Source: Myxococcota bacterium (GTDB taxonomy: Bacteria; Myxococcota_A; UBA9160; SZUA-336). From it: a stretch of DNA of 64,000 nt. Shown one piece after another: positions 12,235 through 22,324 of the stretch. The notes beneath the pieces are model-generated. The model was not told the origin of the DNA, ran no database searches, and worked only from the letters and a program-made list of their open reading frames with translations. Position 1 is the first letter of the stretch. Each line of letters begins with the position of its first letter. The DNA lies in contig JBHHYV010000003.1 of assembly GCA_046757685.1 (NCBI GenBank), forward strand, positions 2,847-66,846, read 5' to 3'. Both the position numbers and the translations under genes were made by a program.

Positions 12235-13941
12235 GTGAAGATTCTGGGCGCCGATATTCTGGTTCGCGCTCTCCAGGAGGAGGGTGTCGAGGTTCTCTTC
12301 GGGCACCCCGGGGGCGCTGTTCTCGAGATCTACGATGCCCTCTACCGCGCCCGGTTCCGGCACGTGCTGGCCCGCCACGAGCAGGGCGGCGTGCACATGG
12401 CCGACGGCTACGCGCGCGCCACGGGTCATCCGGGGGTCGCGCTGGTCACGTCCGGCCCGGGCGTGACGAACGCGCTGACCGGAATCGCCACCGCCTTCAC
12501 GGACTCGATTCCGCTGGTCGTCTTCACCGGCCAGGTGGCGCGCGCCGCCATCGGAAACGACGCCTTCCAGGAGGCCGACAACCTGGGCCTGACGCGTCCG
12601 ATCACCAAGCACAACTACATGGTGAAGGACACCCGGGCGCTCGCGGCGACGATCAAGGAGGCCTTCCACATCGCCACCACCGGGCGCCCCGGCCCGGTCG
12701 TGATCGACCTGCCCAAGGACATGACCCAGGAGAAGGCCGAGTACCACTACCCGCAGAGCGTCCGCCTGGAGCACTACCGGCCCAGCTACGAGGGACACTG
12801 GGGGCAGATCAAGAAGGCCATGGCGCTGCTGCTCGCCTCGCGGCGGCCCGTCGTCTACTTCGGAGGGGGCGTGATCCTCTCGGGGGCGCACAGCGAGCTG
12901 CGTGCGCTCTGCGAAAAGCTGGGGCTGCCGGTCACCTACACCTTGATGGGCATCGGCGGGATTCCCGGAGACCACCCCCAGTCCCTCGGCATGCTGGGAA
13001 TGCACGGGACCTACCGGGCGAACATGGCCGTCGACGAGTGCGACCTGTTGCTCGCGATCGGAGCGCGCTTCGACGACCGGGTCACCGGGAAGGTCGAGGA
13101 GTTCAGCCCGCACTCGAAGAAGATCCACGTCGACATCGACCCGACGCAGATCCGCAAGAGCGTCGACGTCGACATCCCCATCGTCGGCGACGTGCGGCGG
13201 GTGCTGCAGAAGTTCCTGAAGCTCCTCGAAGAGGAGCCCGCCCTCGAGGATCCGCGCGGGCGGCTGGCCGACTGGTGGGCCTCGATCGAGGGCTGGGAGC
13301 GCGCGCACCCGCTCGCCTATGTGCAGGCTCCCGATGGCCCCATCCTGCCGCAGTTCGTCATCGATCGCCTGTTCCAGATGACCGAGGGCCGCGCCGTGAT
13401 CACGACCGACGTGGGGCAGCACCAGATGTGGGCGGCGCAGTACTACCACGTGCGCAGCCCTCGCAACTGGGTCACCTCGGGCGGCCTCGGGACGATGGGC
13501 TTCGGGTTCCCTGCCGCGGTCGGGGCCCAGATCGGCCGACCCGGCGAGACGGTCGTGTGCATCACGAGTGAGGGCTCGCTCCTGATGACCGTCCAGGAGC
13601 TGGCGGTGGCGGTTCAGCAGGAGCTGCCGATCAAGGTCGTCAACCTCCGGAACGACGTGCTGGGCATGGTGCGCCAGTGGCAGCAGTTCTTCTATGAGCG
13701 ACGCTACTCGCATGTCGATCTCTCCGGGGGGCCCGACTGGGTCAAGTACTTCGAGGCGTTCGGTGCGGCGGGCTTCCGGGCGACCCGGCCCGAAGAGGTG
13801 GACACCGTGCTCGAGAAGGCCTTTGCGGCGCGCGGGCCGGTGATGATGGACTTCGTCTGCGCCGGGGAGGAGAATTGCTTCCCCATGATCCCCGGAGGCG
13901 CTGCCTCTCGCGACATGCTGCTCGGGGAGCCCGGGAGCTGA
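12235..13941 (+). CDS. ilvB: Acetolactate synthase large subunit
   Basis: VKILGADILVRALQEEGVEVLFGHPGGA N-terminus, ThDP-binding region GGLGTMGFGFPAAVGA; the GTG at 12235 fits the family N-terminus. Confidence 0.95.
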   Translation: MKILGADILVRALQEEGVEVLFGHPGGAVLEIYDALYRARFRHVLARHEQGGVHMADGYARATGHPGVALVTSGPGVTNALTGIATAFTDSIPLVVFTGQVARAAIGNDAFQEADNLGLTRPITKHNYMVKDTRALAATIKEAFHIATTGRPGPVVIDLPKDMTQEKAEYHYPQSVRLEHYRPSYEGHWGQIKKAMALLLASRRPVVYFGGGVILSGAHSELRALCEKLGLPVTYTLMGIGGIPGDHPQSLGMLGMHGTYRANMAVDECDLLLAIGARFDDRVTGKVEEFSPHSKKIHVDIDPTQIRKSVDVDIPIVGDVRRVLQKFLKLLEEEPALEDPRGRLADWWASIEGWERAHPLAYVQAPDGPILPQFVIDRLFQMTEGRAVITTDVGQHQMWAAQYYHVRSPRNWVTSGGLGTMGFGFPAAVGAQIGRPGETVVCITSEGSLLMTVQELAVAVQQELPIKVVNLRNDVLGMVRQWQQFFYERRYSHVDLSGGPDWVKYFEAFGAAGFRATRPEEVDTVLEKAFAARGPVMMDFVCAGEENCFPMIPGGAASRDMLLGEPGS

Positions 13942-13944
13942 GCC

Positions 13945-14421
13945 GTGCAGCATACGATCAGTGTCCGCGTCCGGAACGAGTTCGGCGTGCTCTCTCGCGT
14001 CGCAGGCTTGTTCAGCGCCCGCGGGTACAACATCGACAGCCTCTGCGTGGCGCAGACCCTCGAGCCCGAGGTGTCGCAGATCACCCTGGTCACCCATGGA
14101 GACGACGAGACGATCGAGCAGATCGTCAAGCAGCTCTACAAGCTGATCGACGTGATCAAGGTGCAGGATCATTCCTCGGCCGCCTTCGTGGCGCGGGAGC
14201 TGGCGCTCTTCAAGGTGCGGACCCTTCCCGAGGCGCGCGCCGAGGTGCTGCGGATCGCCGAGATCTTCCGGGGCAAGATCGTCGATGTCACCCCCGCTTC
14301 GTACACGATCGAGGCGACGGGCTCCTCGGAGAAGCTCGTGGCCCTCGCCGACCTCTTGCGTCCGCTGGGACTGGAGGAGGTCGTGCGCACCGGGCGCATC
14401 GCCACGCCGCGCGGCCTCTAG
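13945..14421 (+). CDS. ilvN: Acetolactate synthase small (regulatory) subunit
   Basis: [30 protein letters not shown] shows the ACT domain; 158 aa, immediately after ilvB. Confidence 0.95.
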   Translation: MQHTISVRVRNEFGVLSRVAGLFSARGYNIDSLCVAQTLEPEVSQITLVTHGDDETIEQIVKQLYKLIDVIKVQDHSSAAFVARELALFKVRTLPEARAEVLRIAEIFRGKIVDVTPASYTIEATGSSEKLVALADLLRPLGLEEVVRTGRIATPRGL

Positions 14422-14461
14422 CGATGCTGGAAGACGGGTCCTTCGACGGTTGGGAGAAGAG

Positions 14462-15478
14462 ATGAACATCTACTACGACAAGGATGCGGACCTGAAGCGA
14501 CTCGAGGGGCGGGTCGTCGCCGTGCTCGGCTACGGCAGCCAGGGCCACGCGCACGCGCTGAACCTGCGCGACAGCGGGGTGAGCGTGATCGTGGGTCTGC
14601 GCTCCTCTTCGGGGAGCTGGGCCAAGGCCGAGGGGGAGGGCCTGGACGTGCGGACGCTCTCGGACGCCTCGAAGGCCGCCGACGTGATCATGATGACGCT
14701 GCCCGACGAGACGATGGCCGAGATCTACCGCGAGGCGGTGGCGCCGAACCTGAAGGCCGGCAACTACCTGGCCCTCGCGCACGGGTTCAACATCCACTTC
14801 GGGTGCATCTCTCCCCCCGAGGGTGTGAACGTCTTCATGGTCGCGCCGAAGGGCCCGGGGCACAACGTGCGCGACCTCTACCGGCGCGGCTCGGGGGTTC
14901 CCTGCCTGGTGGCCGTGGATCGGGATCCCAGCCGGGATACCCTCCAGGTCGCCCTTGCCTACGCGAAGGGCATCGGGGGCGGGCGCTCCGGCGTCATCGA
15001 GACCAGCTTCCGCGAGGAGACCGAGACCGATCTCTTTGGCGAGCAGGCGGTCCTGTGCGGGGGGCTGACCGCGCTCATGCAGGCGGGCTTCGAGACGCTC
15101 GTCGAGGCGGGCTACGCTCCCGAGATGGCGTACTTCGAGTGCATCCACGAGATGAAGCTGATCGTCGACTTCATCTACGAGGGGGGGATCTCGAACATGC
15201 GCTACACGATCTCGAACACCGCCCAGTTCGGAGACCTGACGCGCGGTCCCCGGATCGTCGGACCCGAGGTCAAGGCGGAGATGAAGCGGATCCTGGGAGA
15301 GATCCAGTCCGGAGAGTTCGCCCGCGAGTGGCTGCTCGAGACGCGTGCGGGCAAGCCGGTCTTCCAGGCGCTGACGCGGCGCGGAGAGGAGCATCCGCTC
15401 GAGGGCGTGGGGGCCCGGCTTCGCGAGCTGATGCCCTGGCTCCAGGAGGGGCGCCTCGTGGACCGGAGCCGCAACTAG
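14462..15478 (+). CDS. ilvC: Ketol-acid reductoisomerase
   Basis: [11 protein letters not shown]...[20 protein letters not shown]-terminus; 338 aa. Confidence 0.95.
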   Translation: MNIYYDKDADLKRLEGRVVAVLGYGSQGHAHALNLRDSGVSVIVGLRSSSGSWAKAEGEGLDVRTLSDASKAADVIMMTLPDETMAEIYREAVAPNLKAGNYLALAHGFNIHFGCISPPEGVNVFMVAPKGPGHNVRDLYRRGSGVPCLVAVDRDPSRDTLQVALAYAKGIGGGRSGVIETSFREETETDLFGEQAVLCGGLTALMQAGFETLVEAGYAPEMAYFECIHEMKLIVDFIYEGGISNMRYTISNTAQFGDLTRGPRIVGPEVKAEMKRILGEIQSGEFAREWLLETRAGKPVFQALTRRGEEHPLEGVGARLRELMPWLQEGRLVDRSRN

Positions 15479-16152
15479 TGTCTCGGCCCGCGAGCGCCGA
15501 CCCGTCTCGCCCGCTCGAGGGGCGCATCGCTCCCCAGGCGTGGCCCGGGACGCTGGGGCTCGGCCTCGTGGCGGGAATCTCGGCGCTGGCGGGCTTGGGT
15601 TCCCTCGCCGGGGCGTCGGGTCTCGCGGGGCTGGCGAACCTGGCCTTCTTTCGAAACCCCCGTCGTCATCCGCCCAGCGGAGACCGCTTGGCGGTCTCGC
15701 CGGCCGATGGTCGGGTGGTCGAGGTCGCCGAGCTGGCCGAGCCCGATCCCTTCGTCGGGGTGGCCCGCCGCGTCGCCATCTTCCTGTCGATCCTGGACGT
15801 GCACGTCAACCGGGTGCCGCTCTCCGGAAAGGTGAGGGCGCTGCGCCGCAGTGGCAACCAGTACCGGGCGGCGTTCCGGGCGGAGGCCTCCGCCCGCAAC
15901 GTCCAGGTGCGACTCGACGTCGAGACGCCGGCGGGGATTCGCTATGCGCTGGTCCAGATCACCGGCCTGATCGCGCGACGGATCGTCTGCCGGGTGGACG
16001 AGGGCTCCGCGCTCGAACGGGGGCGGCCCTACGGCCTGATCTGCTACGGGTCGCGCGTGGAGCTGATCGTGCCCACGCAGGTGCGGATCCAGGTCCGGCC
16101 GGGAGACCGGGTGCGCGGAGGTGAGACGGTGATCGCCGAGGTGGGGCCGTGA
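15478..16152 (+). CDS. psd: Phosphatidylserine decarboxylase proenzyme, short archaeal-type, with a Gly/Ala/Leu-repeat N-terminal region
   Basis: FLSILDVHVNRVP and a GS(R/T) self-cleavage-type motif near the C-terminus (ICYGSRVEL). The GTG start overlaps the ilvC stop. Confidence 0.75.
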   Translation: MSRPASADPSRPLEGRIAPQAWPGTLGLGLVAGISALAGLGSLAGASGLAGLANLAFFRNPRRHPPSGDRLAVSPADGRVVEVAELAEPDPFVGVARRVAIFLSILDVHVNRVPLSGKVRALRRSGNQYRAAFRAEASARNVQVRLDVETPAGIRYALVQITGLIARRIVCRVDEGSALERGRPYGLICYGSRVELIVPTQVRIQVRPGDRVRGGETVIAEVGP

Positions 16153-17006
16153 ACCCGCCCGGGGAGCGCCGCCAGGCGCGCAGGGCGCGACGTGTCCGCC
16201 GTCGCAGGGCGCGGGCGCTCCGTGGCGAGCGCCGCGTGGTCTTCCTGCTCCCGAACCTGATCACGACCGCCGCGCTGCTGCTGGGCTTCTGGTCGATCAT
16301 CTCGGCCGCGCAGGGGCGCTTTCAGCAGGCGGCCCTCGGGATCGTGCTGGCCGGGATCGCCGACCTGCTCGACGGGCGGGTGGCGCGCGCGACGGGCACC
16401 CAGAGCCGCTTCGGGGCGGAGTACGATTCGCTCTCGGACGTGGTCGCCTTCGGCCTGGCTCCCGCGCTCCTCTTCTACCACTGGGCGCTGCTCCCCCTCG
16501 GGTCGCGCGGCTGGGCCATCGCGGCGCTCTTCGCGGTCTGTGCAGCGCTCCGCCTGGCCCGCTTCAATGCCAGCGAAGCGCCGGGGTCGCGAGACTTCCA
16601 GGGCCTGCCGAGCACCTTCGCCGGGGGCATGGTGGCCGTGATCGTCTGGTTCGTGAGCTGGGTCGGAATCGAGCCCCCCTTCGGCTCCGCTTTCGGGACC
16701 TTCCTGGTGTTGGCGTTCGCTGGCCTCGCCCTGGGGATGGTGAGCTCGGTTCCCTACTTCAGCCTGAAGAGCTTGCGGCTGCCGCACGGATCGACCTACC
16801 CGGCGCTCGTGGCCCTGGTGCTGGCGCTGGTCGTGCTCCTGCTCTACCCCGAGCCCGTGATGTTCACGATCGGGGTCGGCTACGTGCTCTCGGGACCGAT
16901 CCGGGTACTCAAGCGATGGCGGGCGCGGGCCCGAGAGGGCGCGTCGCCGCTCTCGCCTTCCGCACCCCTGGAGCCCCGGGAGGAGTCTGGGCCCGATGTC
17001 CGCTGA
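16149..17006 (+). CDS. pssA: CDP-diacylglycerol--serine O-phosphatidyltransferase
   Basis: CDP-alcohol phosphatidyltransferase motif (AGIADLLDGRVAR...GAEYDSLSDVVAFG) with multiple TM segments. Confidence 0.9.
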   Translation: MNPPGERRQARRARRVRRRRARALRGERRVVFLLPNLITTAALLLGFWSIISAAQGRFQQAALGIVLAGIADLLDGRVARATGTQSRFGAEYDSLSDVVAFGLAPALLFYHWALLPLGSRGWAIAALFAVCAALRLARFNASEAPGSRDFQGLPSTFAGGMVAVIVWFVSWVGIEPPFGSAFGTFLVLAFAGLALGMVSSVPYFSLKSLRLPHGSTYPALVALVLALVVLLLYPEPVMFTIGVGYVLSGPIRVLKRWRARAREGASPLSPSAPLEPREESGPDVR

Positions 17007-18555
17007 CTCCCGCCCCGTGGACTCCCGTGTCTGGATCTTCGACACGACGCTGAGGGACGGGGAGCAGGCCCCCGGCTGCAGCATGAACCTGGACGAGAAG
17101 CGCATGCTCGCCCGCCAGCTGGCCAAGCTCGGGGTCGACGTGATCGAGGCCGGCTTCCCGATCGCCTCCGAGGGGGACTTCCAGGCGGTCCGCTCGATCG
17201 CGGAGGAGCTTCGCGATACGATCGTGTGCGGCCTCGCCCGCACCGGCCGGCCCGACATCGAGCGGGCCTGGCAGGCCCTGCAGGTGGCCGAGCGCCCGCG
17301 CATCCACACCTTCATCGCGACGTCCGAGATCCACATGCGCGACAAGCTCAAGATGGGTCCCGACCGCGTGCTCGAAGAGGTCGGTCGCGCGGTCGAGCTG
17401 GCGCGCAGCCTCTGCGACGATGTCGAGTTCTCGCCTGAGGATGCCACGCGTTCGGACTGGGACTTCCTGGTTCGCGTATGCCGGCGTGCGCTCGAGGCGG
17501 GCGCCTCGACGCTGAACATTCCCGACACCGTCGGCTACACGATGCCGCAGGAGTACGCCGAGCTGATCGAGTACCTGCGCCAGAACGTCGGGGATGGGGC
17601 CCGCTACTCGGTGCACTGCCACGACGATCTCGGGCTCTCGGTCGCCAACTCGCTCGCGGCGATCCACGCGGGGGCTCGCCAGGTCGAGTGCACGGTCAAC
17701 GGAATCGGGGAGCGCGCCGGAAACACGGCCATGGAAGAGGTGGTGATGGCGCTGCGCACCCGCGGGGAGTTCTACCGGGGCTGCGATACGGGTGTGCGCT
17801 CGGAGGAGATCTACCCGACCAGTCGCCTGCTCTCCCAGATCATCGGCACGGCGGTTCCCCCCAACAAGGCCGTCGTCGGCGACAATGCCTTCGCGCACGA
17901 GGCCGGGATCCACCAGCACGGGATGATGCAGAACCGGCTGACCTACGAGATCATGACTCCCGAGAGCGTCGGACGCGGTGGCACCGAGCTGGTCCTGGGC
18001 AAGCACTCGGGGCGGCACGCGTTTGCCGAGCGGCTCCGCGAGCTGGGGTTCGAGCCCGAGAAGATCGACCTCGACGCAGCCTTCAAGCGCTTCAAGGCCC
18101 TGGCCGACGCGAAGAAGACCGTCTACAACGAGGACATCGAGGCGCTGGTCACGGATCAGCTGCTGCGTGTGAACGAGCGCTTCAAGCTGCGCGACATGTC
18201 GGTGGTGAGCGGCACCTTCGCCAAGGCGACCGCCACTGTCGAGCTGGCGATCGATGGAGAGATTCGAAAGACGGCGAAGCTCGGAACGGGCCCCGTCGAT
18301 GCGGTGTTCCGGGCCGTGAAGGACCTGACCGGAAGCAAGGCGCGGCTCGTCCGCTACCAGGTCAACGCGATCACCAGCGGAATGGATGCCCAGGGCGAGG
18401 TTTCCGTCACCCTCGAGGAGGATGGCGTCCGCGTGATCGGGCAGGGCGCGGACACCGACATCCTGGTCGCCAGCGCGCGGGCCTACATCCACGCCGAGAA
18501 CAAGCTCGACCAGCGGCGTGCGGGAGGGACCTCCGCCGCGCTGCGCGGCATCTGA
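16996..18555 (+). CDS. leuA: 2-isopropylmalate synthase
   Basis: [17 protein letters not shown]-terminus, [16 protein letters not shown], and a C-terminal LeuA dimerisation/regulatory domain. Confidence 0.95.
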   Translation: MSADSRPVDSRVWIFDTTLRDGEQAPGCSMNLDEKRMLARQLAKLGVDVIEAGFPIASEGDFQAVRSIAEELRDTIVCGLARTGRPDIERAWQALQVAERPRIHTFIATSEIHMRDKLKMGPDRVLEEVGRAVELARSLCDDVEFSPEDATRSDWDFLVRVCRRALEAGASTLNIPDTVGYTMPQEYAELIEYLRQNVGDGARYSVHCHDDLGLSVANSLAAIHAGARQVECTVNGIGERAGNTAMEEVVMALRTRGEFYRGCDTGVRSEEIYPTSRLLSQIIGTAVPPNKAVVGDNAFAHEAGIHQHGMMQNRLTYEIMTPESVGRGGTELVLGKHSGRHAFAERLRELGFEPEKIDLDAAFKRFKALADAKKTVYNEDIEALVTDQLLRVNERFKLRDMSVVSGTFAKATATVELAIDGEIRKTAKLGTGPVDAVFRAVKDLTGSKARLVRYQVNAITSGMDAQGEVSVTLEEDGVRVIGQGADTDILVASARAYIHAENKLDQRRAGGTSAALRGI

Positions 18556-18565
18556 GACGCCGTCC

Positions 18566-19627
18566 GTGGCGAGTGTCCTGGTACTGCCGGGGGACGGCAT
18601 CGGTCCCGAGGTGACGGCCGAGGCGTGCGCGGTCCTGGCCCAGGTGGCGCCGGACCTGGAGCTCGAGGAGGCGAGGATCGGAGGGGCCGCCATCGAGGCC
18701 GACGGCACGCCCCTCCCCGACGCCACGCTGGCGCGCGCGAAGGCGTGCGGCCTGGTCCTGCTCGGGGCGGTCGGAGGGCCGAGCTGGGACTCGCTGCCTC
18801 CCCCGGAGCGCCCCGAGGGCGGGCTGCTCCGGATCCGCAAGGAGCTGGGTCTCTTCGCCAACCTGCGGCCGGCCCGCGTCTTCCCGGCCCTGGTCGACTC
18901 GAGTCCGCTCCGGCGCGAGCGCGTCGACGGGGTCGACCTGATCGTCGTGCGCGAGCTGATCGGCGGGATCTACTACGGCGAGCCGCGCGGCCGGGACTCC
19001 GGGGCCGGGCGCCGCCGCGCGCGCAATACGATGGTCTACGAAGAGGGCGAGATCGAGCGGATCGCGAGGGTGGCGTTCGAGACCGCGCGCCGCCGCCGGC
19101 GACGCGTGACGAACATCCACAAGGCGAACGTGCTCGACGTCTGCGGGCTGTGGAACGAGGTGGTCGAAGAGGTGGCCGCGAAGTATCCCGATGTGGAGCT
19201 CGAGCATCAGCTGGTCGACAGCGCAGCGATGGTGCTCCTGCGCGATGCCGCCCACTTCGACGTGCTGCTCTGCCCCAACCTCTTTGGCGACATTCTCTCC
19301 GACGAGGCGGCGATGATGACCGGCTCGCTGGGGCTTCTGCCCTCTGCCAGCGTGGGGGCCGATGCGCGCGGGCTCTTCGAGCCCGTCCATGGAAGCGCGC
19401 CGGACATTGCCGGTCGGAACCTCGCCAACCCGCTAGCGGCGATCCTGTGCGCCGCGATGCTGCTGGAGCACGGTCTGGGCCGGGCGGACGCCGCGGACCG
19501 GATCCGCCAGGCGGTGGAGCGGGTGCTCGAGGCGGGCTGCCGCACCGCCGACCTCGCGGGGCCAGGTGAGCCGGCGCTGGGCACGCGCGAGATGGGGGCG
19601 AAGGTCCGCGCGAGCCTCGCGGAGTGA
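18566..19627 (+). CDS. leuB: 3-isopropylmalate dehydrogenase
   Basis: VLPGDGIGPEV start region and NLFGDILSDEAAMMTGSLGLLPSAS. The GTG at 18566 follows the leuA stop. Confidence 0.95.
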   Translation: MASVLVLPGDGIGPEVTAEACAVLAQVAPDLELEEARIGGAAIEADGTPLPDATLARAKACGLVLLGAVGGPSWDSLPPPERPEGGLLRIRKELGLFANLRPARVFPALVDSSPLRRERVDGVDLIVVRELIGGIYYGEPRGRDSGAGRRRARNTMVYEEGEIERIARVAFETARRRRRRVTNIHKANVLDVCGLWNEVVEEVAAKYPDVELEHQLVDSAAMVLLRDAAHFDVLLCPNLFGDILSDEAAMMTGSLGLLPSASVGADARGLFEPVHGSAPDIAGRNLANPLAAILCAAMLLEHGLGRADAADRIRQAVERVLEAGCRTADLAGPGEPALGTREMGAKVRASLAE

Positions 19628-20646
19628 GCCGCCGGGGCCTTCGGGTCGCGGTCGCGGGCGCGACGGGAGCCATGGGTGAGGAGCTGCTCGCGGTGCTCGA
19701 GGCGGAGCGCTTTCCGATCTCCAGCCTGCTTCCGCTGGCCCAGGAGGGCTCCGCAGGGGCCGAGATCGAGCTTGGCGACCGGGCCTGGATCTGCGAGCCG
19801 CTGCTCGAGGGCCTGCCGCTCCCCGCGTTGCCCCTCGACCTGCTCTTCTGTGCGGCTCCGGGGCTGCTCGAAGGGCGAGGCGACGAGGTGCGGGCCCGAG
19901 CTCTGAGGACGATCGATCTCTCGGGTGTGCTCGAGCTGGACCCCCGCATTCCGCTCTTCTCGCGAGATCTGCCGCCGGTGGCCGCGCAGACCCTCATGCT
20001 CGCGGTTCCCAGGGGGGTGGTGGGTGGAGTCGCGGCCTCCCTCGCACCCGTCGCACGGCGGGCGGGCCTGAGGCGCGTGAGCGTCGTCCCCCTGGAGTCG
20101 GCGTCGGGCGGGGGCCGCGAGGGCATGGCGGAGCTGGCCGACCAGACTCTGGCTCTCCTGAACTCGATGACCGGCGAGGCCGGGCCCTCGCTTCGCTTTC
20201 CCCGCCCGCTCGCCTTCGATTGCCTGCCCGAGGTCGGCCTGCCCCTCGAGGGGGGCGAGACGTCCGAGGAGCAGCGGCTCCGCCACGGGGTCCGGCGGCT
20301 GCTCGGTCTGCCCGGTCTCCCCCTCGCAGTCACGCGCGTCCGGGTGCCCATCTTCACGGGCAGCCTGACGTTGGTGCACGCCGAGCTCGAGCGCGCGATC
20401 GAGCGGCCGGAGCTGCTTGGCGAGTGGGGGGAGAGCCGGGCCATCGAGGCGCTATCCGAGGAGCTGCCCACCCCGCGCGCCGCGGCAGGCAGCGAGAGGC
20501 ACCTGATCGGTCGAATCCGCTGCTGCGAGCGCGACCTGTCGTTCGCGATCGCCCAGGACGACCTGAGGGTCACGGCGGCCACGGCCCTCGAGGCCGCCCG
20601 CTGGCTGCTCCACGCGGCAGATCTCGCGAGCGAATCCGGCGCTTGA
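19624..20646 (+). CDS. usg: USG-1 family protein, an aspartate-semialdehyde dehydrogenase paralogue that lacks the catalytic Cys and His
   Basis: Clear Asd fold similarity (GLRVAVAGATGAMGEELL, SASGGG). The NPNCSTIQ active-site segment reads VPRGVVGGV and the GHS segment reads GSL. It sits immediately upstream of truA, as usg does in E. coli. Confidence 0.8.
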   Translation: MSRRGLRVAVAGATGAMGEELLAVLEAERFPISSLLPLAQEGSAGAEIELGDRAWICEPLLEGLPLPALPLDLLFCAAPGLLEGRGDEVRARALRTIDLSGVLELDPRIPLFSRDLPPVAAQTLMLAVPRGVVGGVAASLAPVARRAGLRRVSVVPLESASGGGREGMAELADQTLALLNSMTGEAGPSLRFPRPLAFDCLPEVGLPLEGGETSEEQRLRHGVRRLLGLPGLPLAVTRVRVPIFTGSLTLVHAELERAIERPELLGEWGESRAIEALSEELPTPRAAAGSERHLIGRIRCCERDLSFAIAQDDLRVTAATALEAARWLLHAADLASESGA

Positions 20647-21404
20647 CCCGCCTGCGGCTCACCCTCGAGTACCACGGTGCCGGGTTCTCGGGATGGCAGC
20701 GTCAGCCCGAACGCCGCACGGTCCAGGGGGCGCTCGAGGCTGCATGCGAGCGACTCGCCGGACGGCCGGTGCGGGTCCACGCCGCGGGCCGGACCGATGC
20801 GGGCGTCCATGCGGAGGGACAGGTCGCGCACCTCGACTGGCCCGACGTGCGACGCCCGCGGTCGCTCGGCGAGGCGCTTGACGCCCACCTTCCCGACGAC
20901 CTCTCGGTCGTCCAGGCGATCCCGGTTCGACCCGACTTCGACGCCCGGCGAGACGCGCGATCCAAGCGCTATCGCTACCGGATCCTCGCCCGGAGGGCAC
21001 CGAGCCCGCTGCGCAGCGGGGTCTCGTGGCACGTGCGCGGGACGCTCGATCCAGAGGCCATGAGGCGCTCGGCGGAGTGCCTGGTCGGTGACCGGGACTT
21101 TGCGGCCTTTCGCGGCGCTCCGGGTGGCCCCCCGCCGCACCAGTCGACCCGGAGAACGCTGGACGTGCTGCGGGTCGAGGTGTCGGGAGACGAGCTTCGG
21201 GTGGTGGCGGAGGCCCGGAGCTTTCTCCGCCACATGGTCCGGAACCTGGTCGGAACCCTGGTCGAGGCCGGGGCGGGTCGAGTCTCGCCGCTCGAGGTCG
21301 CCCGGATCCTCGAGTCCGGGGACCGCGCGCGCGCGGGGCCGACTGCCCCGGCCTGCGGGCTGTGCCTGGTCTGGGTGAAATACCCAGACGACGGCGAGAC
21401 TTAG
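20643..21404 (+). CDS. truA: tRNA pseudouridine(38-40) synthase
   Basis: LTLEYHGAGFSGWQRQ and RTDAGVHAEGQVAHLD (catalytic Asp). The TTG start at 20643 overlaps the usg stop. Confidence 0.9.
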   Translation: MTRLRLTLEYHGAGFSGWQRQPERRTVQGALEAACERLAGRPVRVHAAGRTDAGVHAEGQVAHLDWPDVRRPRSLGEALDAHLPDDLSVVQAIPVRPDFDARRDARSKRYRYRILARRAPSPLRSGVSWHVRGTLDPEAMRRSAECLVGDRDFAAFRGAPGGPPPHQSTRRTLDVLRVEVSGDELRVVAEARSFLRHMVRNLVGTLVEAGAGRVSPLEVARILESGDRARAGPTAPACGLCLVWVKYPDDGET

Positions 21405-21482
21405 CCGGTTGACCCGGGCATCGCGCTCGGCTATTTCATCAGCCCTCGATCCCTGGGAGAGCCCGTGCCCGAAGCCCGACCC

Positions 21483-21920
21483 ATGCGTCCGACCCGCAGC
21501 ACCCGAGCGCAGGACGTGCGTGCGTCCTGGTTCGTCGTCGACCTGGACGAGCAGGTGCTCGGGCGGGCCGCCAGCCAGGTGGCCTCGATCCTCCGGGGAA
21601 AGCACAAGCCCAGCTACACCCCCCACATCGACGGGGGAGACTTCGTGATCGCGGTCAACGCGAGCCGCGTGCGGCTCACGGGGCGCAAGCTCGAGCGGAA
21701 GCTGTACCACCGGCACAGCGGCTATCCGGGGAGCATTCGCAGCGTCACGGCCGGGCGTCTGCTCGCCGATCATCCCGAGCGGATGTTCCGTGCGGCCGTG
21801 CGCGGCATGCTGCCCAAGAATCCCCTCGGACGGCGTATGCTCCGGAAGCTCAAGATCTATGCGGGTCCGGATCACCCGCACGCGGCCCAGAAGCCTTCCC
21901 TCCTGGAGATCACCGGATGA
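21483..21920 (+). CDS. rplM: 50S ribosomal protein L13
   Basis: [41 protein letters not shown]; ATG at 21483. Confidence 0.95.
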   Translation: MRPTRSTRAQDVRASWFVVDLDEQVLGRAASQVASILRGKHKPSYTPHIDGGDFVIAVNASRVRLTGRKLERKLYHRHSGYPGSIRSVTAGRLLADHPERMFRAAVRGMLPKNPLGRRMLRKLKIYAGPDHPHAAQKPSLLEITG

Positions 21921-22315
21921 CGCAGACCTCGGGCGAGTTCGCGGCGACCGGCCGGCGCAAGGAGGCGGTGGCGCGAGTCCGCCTCGAGCCCGGAGACGGC
22001 AGCATCACGGTCAACCGGCGAAGCCTCGAGGACTACATCCCCCGCGAGGTGCTGCGCCAGATCGTGATCCAGCCCCTCGAGGCCTCGAACGCCGTGGGTC
22101 GCTTTCGCATCCAGGTCCAGGTGCGCGGCGGCGGCATGTCCGGCCAGGCGGGGGCGATCCGGCACGGCATCGCCCGCGCCCTCGAGCGCTGGGATCCGAA
22201 CCTTCGGCCGAGCCTCAAGCGGGGCGGCTTCCTGACGCGCGATGCGCGCGCGAAGGAGCGCAAGAAGTACGGTCAGAGGGGCGCGCGCGCCCGCTTCCAG
22301 TTCAGCAAGCGCTAG
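21917..22315 (+). CDS. rpsI: 30S ribosomal protein S9
   Basis: [12 protein letters not shown]...[19 protein letters not shown]...[17 protein letters not shown]. Confidence 0.95.
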   Translation: MTQTSGEFAATGRRKEAVARVRLEPGDGSITVNRRSLEDYIPREVLRQIVIQPLEASNAVGRFRIQVQVRGGGMSGQAGAIRHGIARALERWDPNLRPSLKRGGFLTRDARAKERKKYGQRGARARFQFSKR

Positions 22316-22324
22316 GGGTCGGGG

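Noticed and set aside
12034-14469. 811-aa minus-strand ORF antisense to ilvB/ilvN
   Set aside because: Same reasoning: low-complexity antisense ORF overlapping two unambiguous genes.
18483-21881. 1132-aa minus-strand ORF, highly Arg/Pro/Ala-rich
   Set aside because: It is antisense to leuB, usg, truA and rplM, which have strong conserved-family matches. The composition is typical of GC-rich frame artefacts, with no recognisable domain.
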